Origin: Pontiella sp.
Lineage (GTDB): Bacteria > Verrucomicrobiota > Kiritimatiellia > Kiritimatiellales > Pontiellaceae
DNA: 64,000 bases
NCBI GenBank assembly: GCA_050290185.1
Contig: JBNKHE010000001.1
Span: 258,713-322,712, forward strand
Direction: 5' to 3'
The translations under genes and the position numbers were made by a program. The notes under the pieces are model-generated. The model was not told the origin of the DNA. It worked only from the letters and a program-made list of their open reading frames with translations, and ran no database searches. Positions 46,540 to 59,800 of this stretch are shown in pieces (positions within the stretch are counted from its first letter, which is position 1; the number at the start of each line of letters is the position of its first letter).

Positions 46540-47907
46540 CTATTTCTTCGGGGCGAATTTCCACCAGTCAAGGTTTGTCAGCTTTTCAGCCTTGCCGGAA
46601 AACTTAATATAGAGGTCGTGCACACCGGTTGCCCCTGCCACATCGGCCACGACGTTTTCCCACTTCTGCGCTCCTCCGGTGGATGGAATCTTGCAGCTGG
46701 CTATCAGTTTCCCGTCAAGACTATCCAGGCGCAGTTCGATCTTGCATTCCTTGGCTTCGCTTGCCGTTCTTAGGGCAACTTTGGACGCTCCCTTAATCCC
46801 GAAATCAACGCCTGAGATTTTAATCCAGTCACCATCCTGCGTGTCGGTGACGTTCATACCGCCTTCTTCGCAAGGTTCGGTCTCTATGCCCTTCTGGGCG
46901 GCGAAGGTTTCGCCTTCCACGCGGTCGTAGGGATTCAGGTGGCCGACCTGCTGCACGCCGTCTGTAGTATATTCCACCTTCTTGATCGTACCGTCTTTGT
47001 TGTAGTCGAACGTTTCGATCGCGATATTGCGGCGGAAGCCAGTGGGGATACCAGCCTCTGTTGCGACGATACGGTTATGGTAGACATGGTACCATTTGCC
47101 CTTGAACTCAAATTCGCAGGCATGATTGTTGTTATTATTCAACGGCGGCTGGTCGGCCACGATGCCCGCATACTCAAACCCTTCGGTGGGTTTCTTGCTG
47201 GTCATGTAATCGATGCGCATGCCGGCGTTGGGCGTGGAGGAATAGGAGAAATAGTAGGTGTCCTTGATCTTCCAAACCCAGGCTGCCTCGAAAAAGTTCG
47301 GCGCATGCATCTTGATCACGTCGCCGTCGAGCGAGACCATGTCCGTCCCGAGTTTCGCGACCCGCACATTGTCGTCGCCATTGCCTCCGAAATAGATATA
47401 GGCCTGCCCATCGTCATCGATGAACACCCCGGGATCGAACAGCCACATGTGTTCGGCGGGCTGGACTCCGGGCGTTCCGTGGTTGATCAGCGCCTTGCCG
47501 ACCACATCCTTAAAGGGGCCAACCGGCTTGTCGCCGACCACGACACCAATATCCGCCCCGCCATTGCCGAAATAGAGATAGGTTTTCCCGTCGCGCTCAA
47601 CCGCACAGGGTGCCCAGGTTTTATGGGCCCATTTTGTATCCCGTTCGGCATCGAACACGATCCCGTGGTCCGTCCAGTTTTTCATGTCCGAGCTGGAAAC
47701 ACAGACGACGTTGGGAATGTTATAGCCACCTTCCAGCGGACTTTCGTCGTCGTTGGAGCAGTAGACATACACCCGGTCCTTGGTCACCAGCACCGACGGA
47801 TCGGCCAGATAGCGGTTCGAAACAATTGGATAATCCGCCACAGCCTGCACAGCACACCCGCAAACCGCAGCGATAAACAACCAAGACCGCATATTTGTAT
47901 TTTTCAT
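46540..47907 (-). CDS. GH43 arabinofuranosidase-like + CBM6
   Basis: YLADPSV, WAP, FDPGVFIDDDG, FFEA; CBM6 VEGETF...TGGAQKW...NLDWWKF. Confidence 0.88.
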   Translation of the reverse strand: MKNTNMRSWLFIAAVCGCAVQAVADYPIVSNRYLADPSVLVTKDRVYVYCSNDDESPLEGGYNIPNVVCVSSSDMKNWTDHGIVFDAERDTKWAHKTWAPCAVERDGKTYLYFGNGGADIGVVVGDKPVGPFKDVVGKALINHGTPGVQPAEHMWLFDPGVFIDDDGQAYIYFGGNGDDNVRVAKLGTDMVSLDGDVIKMHAPNFFEAAWVWKIKDTYYFSYSSTPNAGMRIDYMTSKKPTEGFEYAGIVADQPPLNNNNNHACEFEFKGKWYHVYHNRIVATEAGIPTGFRRNIAIETFDYNKDGTIKKVEYTTDGVQQVGHLNPYDRVEGETFAAQKGIETEPCEEGGMNVTDTQDGDWIKISGVDFGIKGASKVALRTASEAKECKIELRLDSLDGKLIASCKIPSTGGAQKWENVVADVAGATGVHDLYIKFSGKAEKLTNLDWWKFAPKK

Positions 47908-48075
47908 GGGAAACAACCTTTCAGAATACGTTTAAAAACCACGGGGCGGAGAGCAGCACGCTCCCCATCTCTACCGCCATTCAACCGAGTGTTTATGCAA
48001 GCACAGTCAACCAACAACTGGCAACGGATGATTCTGAACCCAAAATCGATTTTTATGAAACCTACCGTCCAAATC

Positions 48076-49656
48076 CTAATCCGCGCCGTTGATTGCATCA
48101 TCCACCCGGTAGTAATCGAATTCAACGTAGCCGCCGGCTTTTTCGGTGGCCTGGTTGAACAGGCCGAAGCGGTAGCCCATAAAATGCTTGAGATCGTAGG
48201 ACATTTTCAGCGGCTCGCCGATTTCCTTCCACTTCTTTCCGTCCAGGCTGTAGTAGAATAGGGCCTTGTCCGTCTGGTTTCTGAAATCGCAGTCGATTTT
48301 GAAGTAGACCACCTTTTGCTTCAGCGGAACGGCATCAACCTCCTCGGGGGATCCATTTTGTGCGCTGACCATGACGATCGAGGTTTTGCCGTGCTCCTTT
48401 TTGACTCCGACGTAACCATACTTGTACTGCAGGGCAATCAGTCCGGCGATGTCGCCATCTTTCATCTGACTTACATTGATGCACGTCGACGCCGAACTGA
48501 CGGGTCCGAAGGTTCGTTGCGTAAACATATTGCGCGCACTCAGCACATCCGCATCCACCCGTCCCGTCGTGATGCGCAGGCGTCCTGGGCTCTGGAGAAT
48601 ATCCCAGTGGTCGTTGTCAGGATTGTGGTTCCACTGCCATGCCAGCGGCAGTTTGGGATCGCCCGGTTTGCGCTCGAACTCGTCGGAGGCGACAATACCC
48701 CAGATCCCCTTGGAATTGTCAGGCAGGTTCAGGGTTTCGGGCACCTTGCCGTCTACCCCGATCACGGGCCATCTATCTTCCCACTTCACCGGCACCAGAT
48801 AGGGAATGCGGCCCACGGCCCCTCGATCACCAAACAGATAGGCGTACCATTCCCCTTCGGGCGTAGTTATCAGTCCCCCCTGGGCAACACCCTGATCCTT
48901 GAACCCGATCCGTCCTTCATAGGGGCCTTCAATGTTATCCGCGCGATAAATCAGCACCGTGCGGAACCAGTGGCTTCGCGGCGAGCCGATCAGGAAAAGA
49001 TAATACGTCCCATCGACTTTAAACAACTGGGAGCCCTCGGCATTCAGGCCACCGACTTCATTTTCACCGAACGCCAGATTGGCGTTTTCAATGATCACCT
49101 TACTGGTTCCACCCGACTTGATGCCCGAGACATCCTCCTTGAGCTCGGTCAGCGATATCCGCCCGCCACCGCTGATCATGTACACGCGCCCGTCATCGTC
49201 GAAAAACAGTGAATTATCGTGGAGCACCGGGCTGAACTCGACGGCCTTCCATGGCCCCTTTTCAATATCCTTGGTGGAATAGATATGCGTCTTGCCGGAC
49301 GTCGCGGAGAAGGTGGACACATAGTAGATTCCATTGTGGAACCGCAAGCTGCTGGCCCAGGAACCCTTGCCGTAGCAATCCCGGCCGTTTTCCAGATTCA
49401 TTTGGTCGTTCTCGACCAGCCGGTCGTAGGCATAGTTGACGATTTCCCAATTGACCAGATCCTTCGACTTCATGATCGGGACGCCCGGACTCATGTGCAT
49501 GGTAGTGCTGCTCATGTAGTAGGTATCGCCGACGCGAATCATCGACATGTCCGGCACATCGGCCCAGATAATGGGGTTGGCCGCCATTTCCCCGCACACG
49601 ATCCTTCCGATGAACAAACCGACACATACCATGACGACTGCAGTTCTTTTATTCAT
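48076..49656 (-). CDS. GH43 (subfamily 10-like) arabinofuranosidase with C-terminal beta-sandwich
   Basis: NPIIWADVPD, SSTTMHMSPG, GSWAS, AEGS, AQGG, WQWNHNPD, HFMGYRFGLFN. Confidence 0.87.
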   Translation of the reverse strand: MNKRTAVVMVCVGLFIGRIVCGEMAANPIIWADVPDMSMIRVGDTYYMSSTTMHMSPGVPIMKSKDLVNWEIVNYAYDRLVENDQMNLENGRDCYGKGSWASSLRFHNGIYYVSTFSATSGKTHIYSTKDIEKGPWKAVEFSPVLHDNSLFFDDDGRVYMISGGGRISLTELKEDVSGIKSGGTSKVIIENANLAFGENEVGGLNAEGSQLFKVDGTYYLFLIGSPRSHWFRTVLIYRADNIEGPYEGRIGFKDQGVAQGGLITTPEGEWYAYLFGDRGAVGRIPYLVPVKWEDRWPVIGVDGKVPETLNLPDNSKGIWGIVASDEFERKPGDPKLPLAWQWNHNPDNDHWDILQSPGRLRITTGRVDADVLSARNMFTQRTFGPVSSASTCINVSQMKDGDIAGLIALQYKYGYVGVKKEHGKTSIVMVSAQNGSPEEVDAVPLKQKVVYFKIDCDFRNQTDKALFYYSLDGKKWKEIGEPLKMSYDLKHFMGYRFGLFNQATEKAGGYVEFDYYRVDDAINGAD

Positions 49657-49699
49657 ATTCCCTACCCTTGCATTTTCAGGTTCCGTTCATTCGCTCCAT

Positions 49700-50620
49700 C
49701 TAAAATCGCATGAAGAAATCCCAGGTCTCTTTTGAGATCCAGTTTTCATCCGATCCGGGATCCCGCATATAGTCGGTATGGCCACCCACGAAGGAACCGA
49801 ACATCACGGGATATTCCTCCGGCAGCCCTTTAAATTCGGTGGTGACATGTTCGGGTGTCGTTGCCAGAGGGATTTCGGGAAGTTTTGAAAGCCCGTTATC
49901 CTCAATGTGCGTCAGGACACAATATTTTCCGCCCTCTTCCTTCTCGTCTGAATTGATCCACTTGCAAAGGCCGTCCTCCGTGCCGGTCGTACTGAAAAAC
50001 GCAAGGGGTTTGTGCCGTTTCCGAGGAAGATAGATATTCCAATTGGCGGGGGAATAGCAGGCCACGGCACGGAGTTCATCCTGAAACTCCAGCGACAGCG
50101 AGTAGGTAAACATGGCTCCGAAACTAAAACCGCAGCAAAACACGCGGGAGGTATCGATGCTCAGCTTTTTCTCTAACAGCTCCAGCAGGTCGGAGAAAAA
50201 AACGTGGTCTTTATCATCGCCGGCACGCCAAGGCGTATGGTCGGTGTATCCCTGAGGGGCCACGAAAATGACGGGGACATGCGCCTTTTCCGCATAGATT
50301 TTGAGTCCGTAAAAATTATTATCCACCATCGTCTGCATGCTCCCGCCCATCATGTGCATGCAGAAAATCACCCGGCAGGGCTTGTTCCTGTCGTAGTTTT
50401 TGGGAATGTCGATGATGTATGTACGCTCAAGACCGTCACTCCTCATCGTGTAGGTCCCGCTCTTGAAATCCCCGAGTCTTTTACCGTAACCGGCGCTTCG
50501 GACTGGAGTGTTCTTCAATTTATGTGCGGCATCAACGGATGACGACCTCGCAGCCGGGGCAGTTAAACAAACTCCGCAGGCCAGTATAACGACCAACGAA
50601 AATATCGGTGTACGATTCAT
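49700..50620 (-). CDS. Alpha/beta-hydrolase esterase (feruloyl esterase/LpqC-like, CE1-related)
   Basis: RTYIIDIP, IFVAPQG, IDTSRVFCCGFSFGAMF, FVGGH, ETWDFF. Confidence 0.78.
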   Translation of the reverse strand: MNRTPIFSLVVILACGVCLTAPAARSSSVDAAHKLKNTPVRSAGYGKRLGDFKSGTYTMRSDGLERTYIIDIPKNYDRNKPCRVIFCMHMMGGSMQTMVDNNFYGLKIYAEKAHVPVIFVAPQGYTDHTPWRAGDDKDHVFFSDLLELLEKKLSIDTSRVFCCGFSFGAMFTYSLSLEFQDELRAVACYSPANWNIYLPRKRHKPLAFFSTTGTEDGLCKWINSDEKEEGGKYCVLTHIEDNGLSKLPEIPLATTPEHVTTEFKGLPEEYPVMFGSFVGGHTDYMRDPGSDENWISKETWDFFMRF

Positions 50621-50692
50621 TGCATTCTCCTGAGTTATTTTACTCTTCCCTGGCGGCCTGCCACGGTCCTGTAAATGATATTTTCCTCACCA

Positions 50693-53053
<2,361 letters not shown>

Positions 53054-53074
53054 AACCACGAACCTTTCTGGACT

Positions 53075-54748
53075 TTATTTATCAATCCGCGCATGGGGAC
53101 CAACCGTCGCACCGATGAACATCGTGCTCGAATCCGGCACGCTGGAGGTAATGATCTTTGCATCGGCATCTTCGACCAGAGTATTCCAGCCCACCCAGCC
53201 CTGCTTGTAGCGGAACGAGCCCTTCGCTTCGTTGATATCGATCTCCAGCGTGACCTTCCCGTTTTCCGTAAGCTCCGCGGAAGCGACTTCCTCCACCTGG
53301 CCGCCCTCAACGCGTTCCAGATAGATGCGGGCGCTGTTTCCGTCACGCTTCACGGCGAGAAAATAATGGTATCGTTCGTTCATGAAAAGTACCAGCCCGG
53401 CAGAGACGCCTTCGTCCGCGGGGATCTCCAGCTTGGTCTTCGCCGTATAGATGTTATGCTGAACGCGGCGGGCCACGTAGCTGGGATTTTCCGTTCCCGA
53501 ATAGAGATTCACTGCGCGCGGCGTCACTTCCAACTTACCGCCGTCCAGTTTCCACCAGATTTCGGTCGGCTCACGGAACATGATCCATGCCGGGGACAAC
53601 GCTTCCTCATTGAACCGCTCGCGCCATTCGAAGGAACCGGTCATCGGTGTTTTCGACTTGCCGGCCACAACACCCTCCCGCCCTTTGACAACGCGCGGTA
53701 CCCGTTCGCCATGCGCCAGGATACGCGGCCATCCGTCGTCCGTCCATTCGACCGGCAGTATGAACGTTTCACGTCCCATCGCCGAGTGCTCGCCATCGTA
53801 TGGACGCACCGCGAGGAAGACCGCCCACCAGTTGCCGTCCGGCCCGATGGTCAAATCGGCATGCCCGGTGCAGGTCACCGAACCCTTGACGTTGCTGTCC
53901 AGGTCGCGCTGCGTCAGGATGGGATTCTGATCCCACGGTTTGTAAGGCCCATCGACCTTCTTGCTGCGGAAAATCACCTGCGAATGGTCGGTCCATGTAC
54001 CGCCTTCGGCACAATTGAGATAGTACCATCCGTTGTGCTTATAGATGTGCGGTCCCTCGATCCAGATGGGCTTCTTGGAGAGGTCGACACCGCCGTTGAT
54101 CAATACCGGCCGCGGCCCGACCATCTTCTGGGCCTTCGGATCATATTCCTGAATCCGCACGGCGCGGTGGCCTTCATACAACGGCTCGCCATCGGGATCA
54201 TCGTTGTTCACCACCCATACCCGTCCGTCATCATCAAAGAACAACGAGGGATCAATGCCGCTGAAATCCAAGGGAACTGGATCGGACCACGGGCCGGCCG
54301 GATCCGTCGCCGTCACCAGAAAATTACCAGGCCCCTCAATCATAGTGCAAATGACGTAGAAGGTTCCTTCGTGGTACGAAATAGCCGGGGCATAGAGACC
54401 CGCGCTCATGTTGGGGGCCTTGTAGTCAAGCTGCCCGGGGCGATGGATGACGTTGCCGATCTGCTCCCAGTTTACCAGATCGGTGCTGTGAAAGATCGGA
54501 AGGCCTGGAAAGTATTCAAAGGTGGAATTGACCAGATAATAGTCTTCGCCAACCCGGCAGATGCTCGGATCCGGATAAAATCCAGCCAGCATCGGATTGT
54601 AGTACTCCCCTTTCTCTACGTTCGCCTCTTCATAAAACGAGTCCACACCGCGGTAGTCCAAATAGTCGAACGCCACCGGCTTGGCACTTAGTGAAGATGT
54701 AACCGCGCAGAATGCGGCGACGCCGCACGCGACATGGTTTGTATTCAT
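53075..54748 (-). CDS. GH43 (subfamily 12-like) beta-xylosidase/arabinofuranosidase
   Basis: GFYPDPSICRVG, NSTFEYFPG, GIDPS, WIEGPH, AEGGT, TGHAD, GRETF. ATG 54748 with RBS AGGAGAG. Confidence 0.9.
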   Translation of the reverse strand: MNTNHVACGVAAFCAVTSSLSAKPVAFDYLDYRGVDSFYEEANVEKGEYYNPMLAGFYPDPSICRVGEDYYLVNSTFEYFPGLPIFHSTDLVNWEQIGNVIHRPGQLDYKAPNMSAGLYAPAISYHEGTFYVICTMIEGPGNFLVTATDPAGPWSDPVPLDFSGIDPSLFFDDDGRVWVVNNDDPDGEPLYEGHRAVRIQEYDPKAQKMVGPRPVLINGGVDLSKKPIWIEGPHIYKHNGWYYLNCAEGGTWTDHSQVIFRSKKVDGPYKPWDQNPILTQRDLDSNVKGSVTCTGHADLTIGPDGNWWAVFLAVRPYDGEHSAMGRETFILPVEWTDDGWPRILAHGERVPRVVKGREGVVAGKSKTPMTGSFEWRERFNEEALSPAWIMFREPTEIWWKLDGGKLEVTPRAVNLYSGTENPSYVARRVQHNIYTAKTKLEIPADEGVSAGLVLFMNERYHYFLAVKRDGNSARIYLERVEGGQVEEVASAELTENGKVTLEIDINEAKGSFRYKQGWVGWNTLVEDADAKIITSSVPDSSTMFIGATVGPHARIDK

Positions 54749-54896
54749 GAAATTCTCTCCTTGATCTTTCTTCATTTCAGCATACTGCGTTTGCTGCGCG
54801 TTCCCAGTCCTGACCCAAGTGAATTCACATACCGAACGTCACCAGATCCGGCATTTCCGGAAAATCAACCGGGCAGGCGGCGCAGTATGGTTCTGT

Positions 54897-54929
54897 TACA
54901 TAGGCGCCGTATGCCGGAAAAAGCGGCCA
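54897..54929 (-). promoter_or_regulatory. Putative ECF-sigma promoter, copy 3
   Basis: Minus strand reads TGGCCG CTTTTTCCGGCATAC GGCGCCT ATGTA, ~150 bp upstream of the first gene of the locus. Confidence 0.68.
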
Positions 54930-55053
54930 TCTATTTCCCAACCGGCCGCCATGCTCCATTGAACCGCGATACTTCAGCCTCGGCCCCGAATTAATCAACG
55001 GGAGGAAATGTCCCTGAAAACAAGGCTGACCGACAGACTGGTCGGCCCGAGGT

Positions 55054-55192
55054 GATGGCAATGCGAACCTCTCCAAAACGACTCTCCTTTCGGGGAGGTA
55101 CCTATCAGGATGGCAATGCGAAACGGTTCTCCGTTTGGTTCGCCATTGATTTCAGGTATCCTTTCAGGATAGCGATGCGAACCATGCTCTCC
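55054..55192. repeat. Three imperfect direct repeats GAT[GA]GC[AG]ATGCGAA...CTCC, 55-59 bp apart
   Basis: Copies start at 55054, 55109 and 55168; copies 2 and 3 also share the upstream AGGTA..CT.TCAG. Confidence 0.6.
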
Positions 55193-55196
55193 CGAG

Positions 55197-56553
55197 GGGT
55201 TCGGAAACATCTAAACCACGTTAACATATTGGTGGAAAACAGTTTTTGGTTTATGGAGTAAAAGGATATATGAGAGGTTATTTGAGTGTTTTCCAAGCTT
55301 TCTCGGCGCTTCTGGCGGAGAAATTCCGACCGAGATACGATGCCAGGCTCCAGTTGTTGGCCTTTCAGGTCAAGATGCTGCGGAACCGGATTGAGGACGA
55401 GAAAATCTATACCAAACCGGAGGAGCGGGCGGAGCTGTTGCGTCTGGGTGCCCTGCTCGACCACGACATCGGCGATGTCATGCTGGTCGTGAAACCGGGA
55501 ACCTACCGGAGCTGGCTTAAGCCCAAGGAAACCGAACCGCGAAGGCCGGGGCGACCGGGTACGGCGAAGGCAACCGTTGATCTTGTGCTTCGTTTCGCAC
55601 TTGAGAACCTTGGATGGGGATACAAACGCCTTCACGGCGAATTGAAAAAAATGGGTATACGGATTGGACTCACCACCATTTGCGACATCCTTAAACGGGA
55701 GGACATCCATCCAGTTCCGGACAAAGGACGGAGAAAGCCTTCCAGCACATGGAAACTGTTCATCAGCTCCCATATGGAAACGCTCGTGGCCTGCGACTTC
55801 TTCTCCAAGCCGGTCTGGACGTTCAAGGGCAGGTTCGACGCCTATGTGCTCGTGTTTATCCACATTGGCAGTCGCCGGGTTTTCATGAGTCCGGCGACGT
55901 TCAACCCCACCGAGGAATGGGTGCTTCAGCAGGCGCGCAATGCGGCCATGTGGCTTCAGGATATGGGCATTCAGGCGACTCATTTGATCCGCGACCGGGA
56001 CACGAAGTTTTCCGTTCGTTTTGATCAATTCTGGAAAAGTTCGGAAACCCAGATAACCAAGACTCCCGTGCGGACTCCGCAGGCGAACGGGTACGTCGAA
56101 AGCTGCATCGGCGTCTTTAAGAAACAGTGCCTCGATCACTTTGTTTACTTCAGCCTTGAGCATCTCAACCATATCAACCATGAGTGGGTGAAGTATTACA
56201 ACACGGAGAGACCGCATCAGGGCGTGGATATCGGGAACAAGGTTCTCCGACCCAACTTTACGCCAAGCGACAAAGGCGAGATCAAACGGGAACAGCGGCT
56301 CGGCGGAGTCATTTCGTGGTATTACCGCGACGCCGCATAGACCTGCCGCCCTCAAAATCATTGATTCTCCCCTACCCGTTCATTCCGAACGGAGATTCCG
56401 TCGTGCCTTGATTGTACAAAATCGCCTTTTTTCAGCTCAGCCATCAGTCTATTCACAATTCAAAATCGCGCCTCAATCCAGAAAAGTCTCTTCATAACCC
56501 TATTCTTGAGCTATCATCCATACTACTTCAGCCTTACAGATGTTTCCGGACCC
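55197..56553 (+). mobile_element. Insertion sequence (1357 bp) with 16-bp terminal inverted repeats
   Basis: Left end GGGTTCGGAAACATCT (55197-55212) and right end AGATGTTTCCGGACCC (56538-56553) match at 15/16 and enclose a DDE transposase gene. No target duplication seen. Confidence 0.75.
55270..56340 (+). CDS. Integrase-core (rve, DDE) transposase
   Basis: EN.GWGYKRLHGELKKMG, ACDFF, LIRDRDTKF, PQANGYVES, YYNTERPHQG. Confidence 0.9.
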   Translation: MRGYLSVFQAFSALLAEKFRPRYDARLQLLAFQVKMLRNRIEDEKIYTKPEERAELLRLGALLDHDIGDVMLVVKPGTYRSWLKPKETEPRRPGRPGTAKATVDLVLRFALENLGWGYKRLHGELKKMGIRIGLTTICDILKREDIHPVPDKGRRKPSSTWKLFISSHMETLVACDFFSKPVWTFKGRFDAYVLVFIHIGSRRVFMSPATFNPTEEWVLQQARNAAMWLQDMGIQATHLIRDRDTKFSVRFDQFWKSSETQITKTPVRTPQANGYVESCIGVFKKQCLDHFVYFSLEHLNHINHEWVKYYNTERPHQGVDIGNKVLRPNFTPSDKGEIKREQRLGGVISWYYRDAA

Positions 56554-56608
56554 TGCAGTATTTTGTGTTTGACCGGAACCTCTAATGGGTGACCCCTTTT
56601 TCCGCCAG

Positions 56609-56854
56609 TTATAGACGCATAATTCTGTTTACATGCTCTAACTCATCATCAAAAAAGTAACCATGCGAACTTATTCCCTTCAATGAAGCCTGAAGGTTCA
56701 AAAGAACCTCCCTTACCTCACGAGCAGATCTTTCTCTCGCTAGATATTCAAGCACCTTCGTGTATATAAATACCCCTTGTGTCCGCTCTCGCTTCCTAGC
56801 TAAAAGCAGTAAGGCTTCAGTATGATATTTTATACTATTATCTAAATCACTCAT
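56609..56854 (-). CDS. Putative immunity protein for the RHS toxin
   Basis: 81 aa, AT-rich, overlaps the RHS gene end by 8 bp, same strand. Function inferred from position only. Confidence 0.62.
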   Translation of the reverse strand: MSDLDNSIKYHTEALLLLARKRERTQGVFIYTKVLEYLARERSAREVREVLLNLQASLKGISSHGYFFDDELEHVNRIMRL

Positions 56855-59800
56855 TTAACCAAGGAGCCGGAACAGTACGTATAATTTCTGACTCTTTTAT
56901 ATCTGAACTTCGAATTAAACCTTGGTAATCACCACCGACACGGAATTCATCCGAAAAACGCCCACTCTGGGATGATGCTTTTCCGTATCTCATCCATGTA
57001 TTCCTCTTGGGTCGGAGCACCGTAACGCTATCAATCGTTGTTCCCCACTCCGACAGAACGGCAGCCCCAGTTCTAAGTTCGTCTTCAGTATGATACAAGA
57101 CATCTGTCACATAAGTATAATTTCTCCCCAACTTATTGTATCTTCCATGGTACCGATACAAAAAACGATTCCCATCTAGTCTCATCGGCGTCGAACCGCA
57201 TAAAAAATTTCTCCTTTCAGTTGCCATCATCGGAGAGAGATCAGTTGAACGCGCAAACATCATTGGCCAGGTAGTGGCCTCCCCTAGAGAAAATACATAT
57301 TGTCCTGATCCCCAAGCGACATTATGCATTCGTTCACTTTTATTATTATATGAATCATTATCCATATAACCAAATTCATCCATATCACGCTCATCAAACA
57401 AGGAATTAACCTTTGGTGCTCCGATAGCACGCAAAGCATACGCATATACTTTTCTCCCCATTCCAGGGCCGTGATTAGGAGGGTTAACAACACGGTATCG
57501 GGGGCGCTTAAATTTTTCTCCGATTGAAGAAAAATTCTCAGATAAAACAGTTCCCAACCCTTGCTGTCGTATTCGTTCAAAGACAGTTTCTAGCCCCGTC
57601 GGATCGGTGTAAATGAAAGGATTACCCCGAACATATGCATACACATTCGGGCCATCGACCCAGCCGGAGGGGTCGGTACTGATGAAGCGGCCAAGGTGGG
57701 AGACCATATATCGAGCCTCGAAGTAAAAGAGGCCGGTTTCGAAGTCCTGTTCCTTTTGGGTGTAGCCATAGTCGGCGATGCGGCCATTGGGGGCGTACAC
57801 GTGGCGGGGGCTGCCGAAGGGATAATATACGGTTTCTTCTATGAGATTTCCGTCGCGGTCGGTGATGCAACCGGCGGAGCCGAGGTGGTCACCAACATAA
57901 TAGCGAATGTCGTCGGTTTTAAGCAGTTCAAAGTTGAGCGTGGCGGCGGTGCCAAGCTTGACAACATTTACGCCTTCGGGAGGCATGGTACCTATTTGAA
58001 CAGAAAACGGCGCGTTTGTATCGGCATACCAAATATCCCATTGAACGTTCGTGGTGTTGTCGGCCAGTTTCCAGACCTCATTAAGTTCCTTATCCTTGAG
58101 CAGTTTAACCGGATCAACACTCCGCCCCCATGCAACCAACGGCTCGCCGGCCGGGATGTCCTGGATCATCGGCTGAACGTTCGTTCCGGTGGCGGTGACA
58201 ATCCGCTGCTCGGAGGCATGCACCATGTAGGGTACGTTGGGCAGAATGGGGTCGCCGGGGTCGAGGGAAATATAGGTATCGGTCGCGGCATCATACTGCG
58301 AAACGCTGAGCGACCAGTCGCCCAATCCAAAGAGCGAGGCGGCGGTTTCGCCGACGGGATCAACATAGAGGCCGATCAGGTTCCAGCCCTCGTTGATGCG
58401 TAGCCATTGTGTGCGTTCGGCGTCGGTGTCCAGCATGCGCGTAAAGCGCGCGACCCGGCTTGAGGCAAAGGCATATTTGGTGGGGACATTGTAGTTGCGG
58501 ATTTCGAAGCCTTTATCGACGTAGATGGTCAGGCTGTTGGTAGCGGTTCCATCCTTGGCCGTCACCTGTTTGGTTACGCGGCGCCCGGAATAGTCGTAGC
58601 CAAAGTCGGCGCGCATGGCATCGTTTTCGACAGAGGTTAAGCGGTCGGCAAAATCCCACGCGAGGGTCATGCCCTCCAGATCGGTCATGTTGCCGTTATC
58701 GTCGTAGAATATCTGGCGTCCATCGGAGGTGGCGGTAAGGGCGTGCGGACCGGGGGCATCGTCGGGGGCGCGGGGGCCGCGTCCTTCGGTTCCGACTGCC
58801 CCGCCCGAAGCCATGTAGCCCATATTGACGAGGGTGCGGCCGCGCTCGTCGTGCTCGATATGGCCTGGCTGCCCCGCGACAGGCGAACTTTTGTAGGCCA
58901 TGTTGCCGATAGAGTCGAAGACATAGCCCAGTTGGGCGAGGTTGACGGAATAGCCTGGGTCGGTGAGCGTGTAGTTCGTAAGGCGGTAGAGGTCGTCGTA
59001 GGTCAGCAACTGGGTATTGTGACGGCTGGTACGATCAGTCCCGACCGGAATCTGGGCCGTTGGACGCAGATCATTAATGGCGCGTATATTGGAGACGCCG
59101 TCGAAGGTGTAGGAATAGTGCACCAGATCGAGGCCGGAAGAGCCGGCGGAGCCGACGGTGTGGAGTTCCTTGAGGCGTTGGCGCGGATCGTAGCTGTAGG
59201 TGGTGGTGACGCCGTTGGCATAGGTGAAGGTTTTATATTGGTCGGTTTCAATATAGCTGATGTTGTCCACCAGCCCGGGAATCAACTGGAGCAGACTGCG
59301 CTGGTTGTAGGTGTATTCGATCCGGTCGCCGTCAGGGAAGGTGCGGGATTTTACCCGATCCATGGCATCGAAATCAAAGGAGGAAGCATAGTCCACAGGC
59401 TGCCCTCTCACCGGGTCGATAATCCGCTTTACGTTATGGATCAGACGTCCCCGTGCATCGAAGCTGTTGAATTCAGCCCCGGTGGCATCTTCCACGAAGG
59501 AGAGTTGACCGACGAGATTGCCAAAGGAAGGATAATCCACGGAGGGCTGGTCGTAATGATAGACCACATCCGGAGAGAGGCCCTTGCTGTCGTGATAATC
59601 CACCGTCTCGATCCGATTGGCTCCGTCATAGCCCATGTAGGTTATCTGCTGCTTGTTATCCATGCTCTGCACCACATTCCCTACCCGGTCGTAGCTGCTG
59701 CGCGAGGCACCGCGGTCGGGATCATTGGTCGCAATTTTTCGCCCCAGTCCATCGTAGCGCATGGTGACATAGTTTTGCTTGGCATCGGTGGCACGCACCA

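Noticed and set aside
55054..55192. CRISPR array interpretation of the three spaced repeats
   Set aside because: Only three short degenerate copies, partly similar spacers, and no cas genes in the window.
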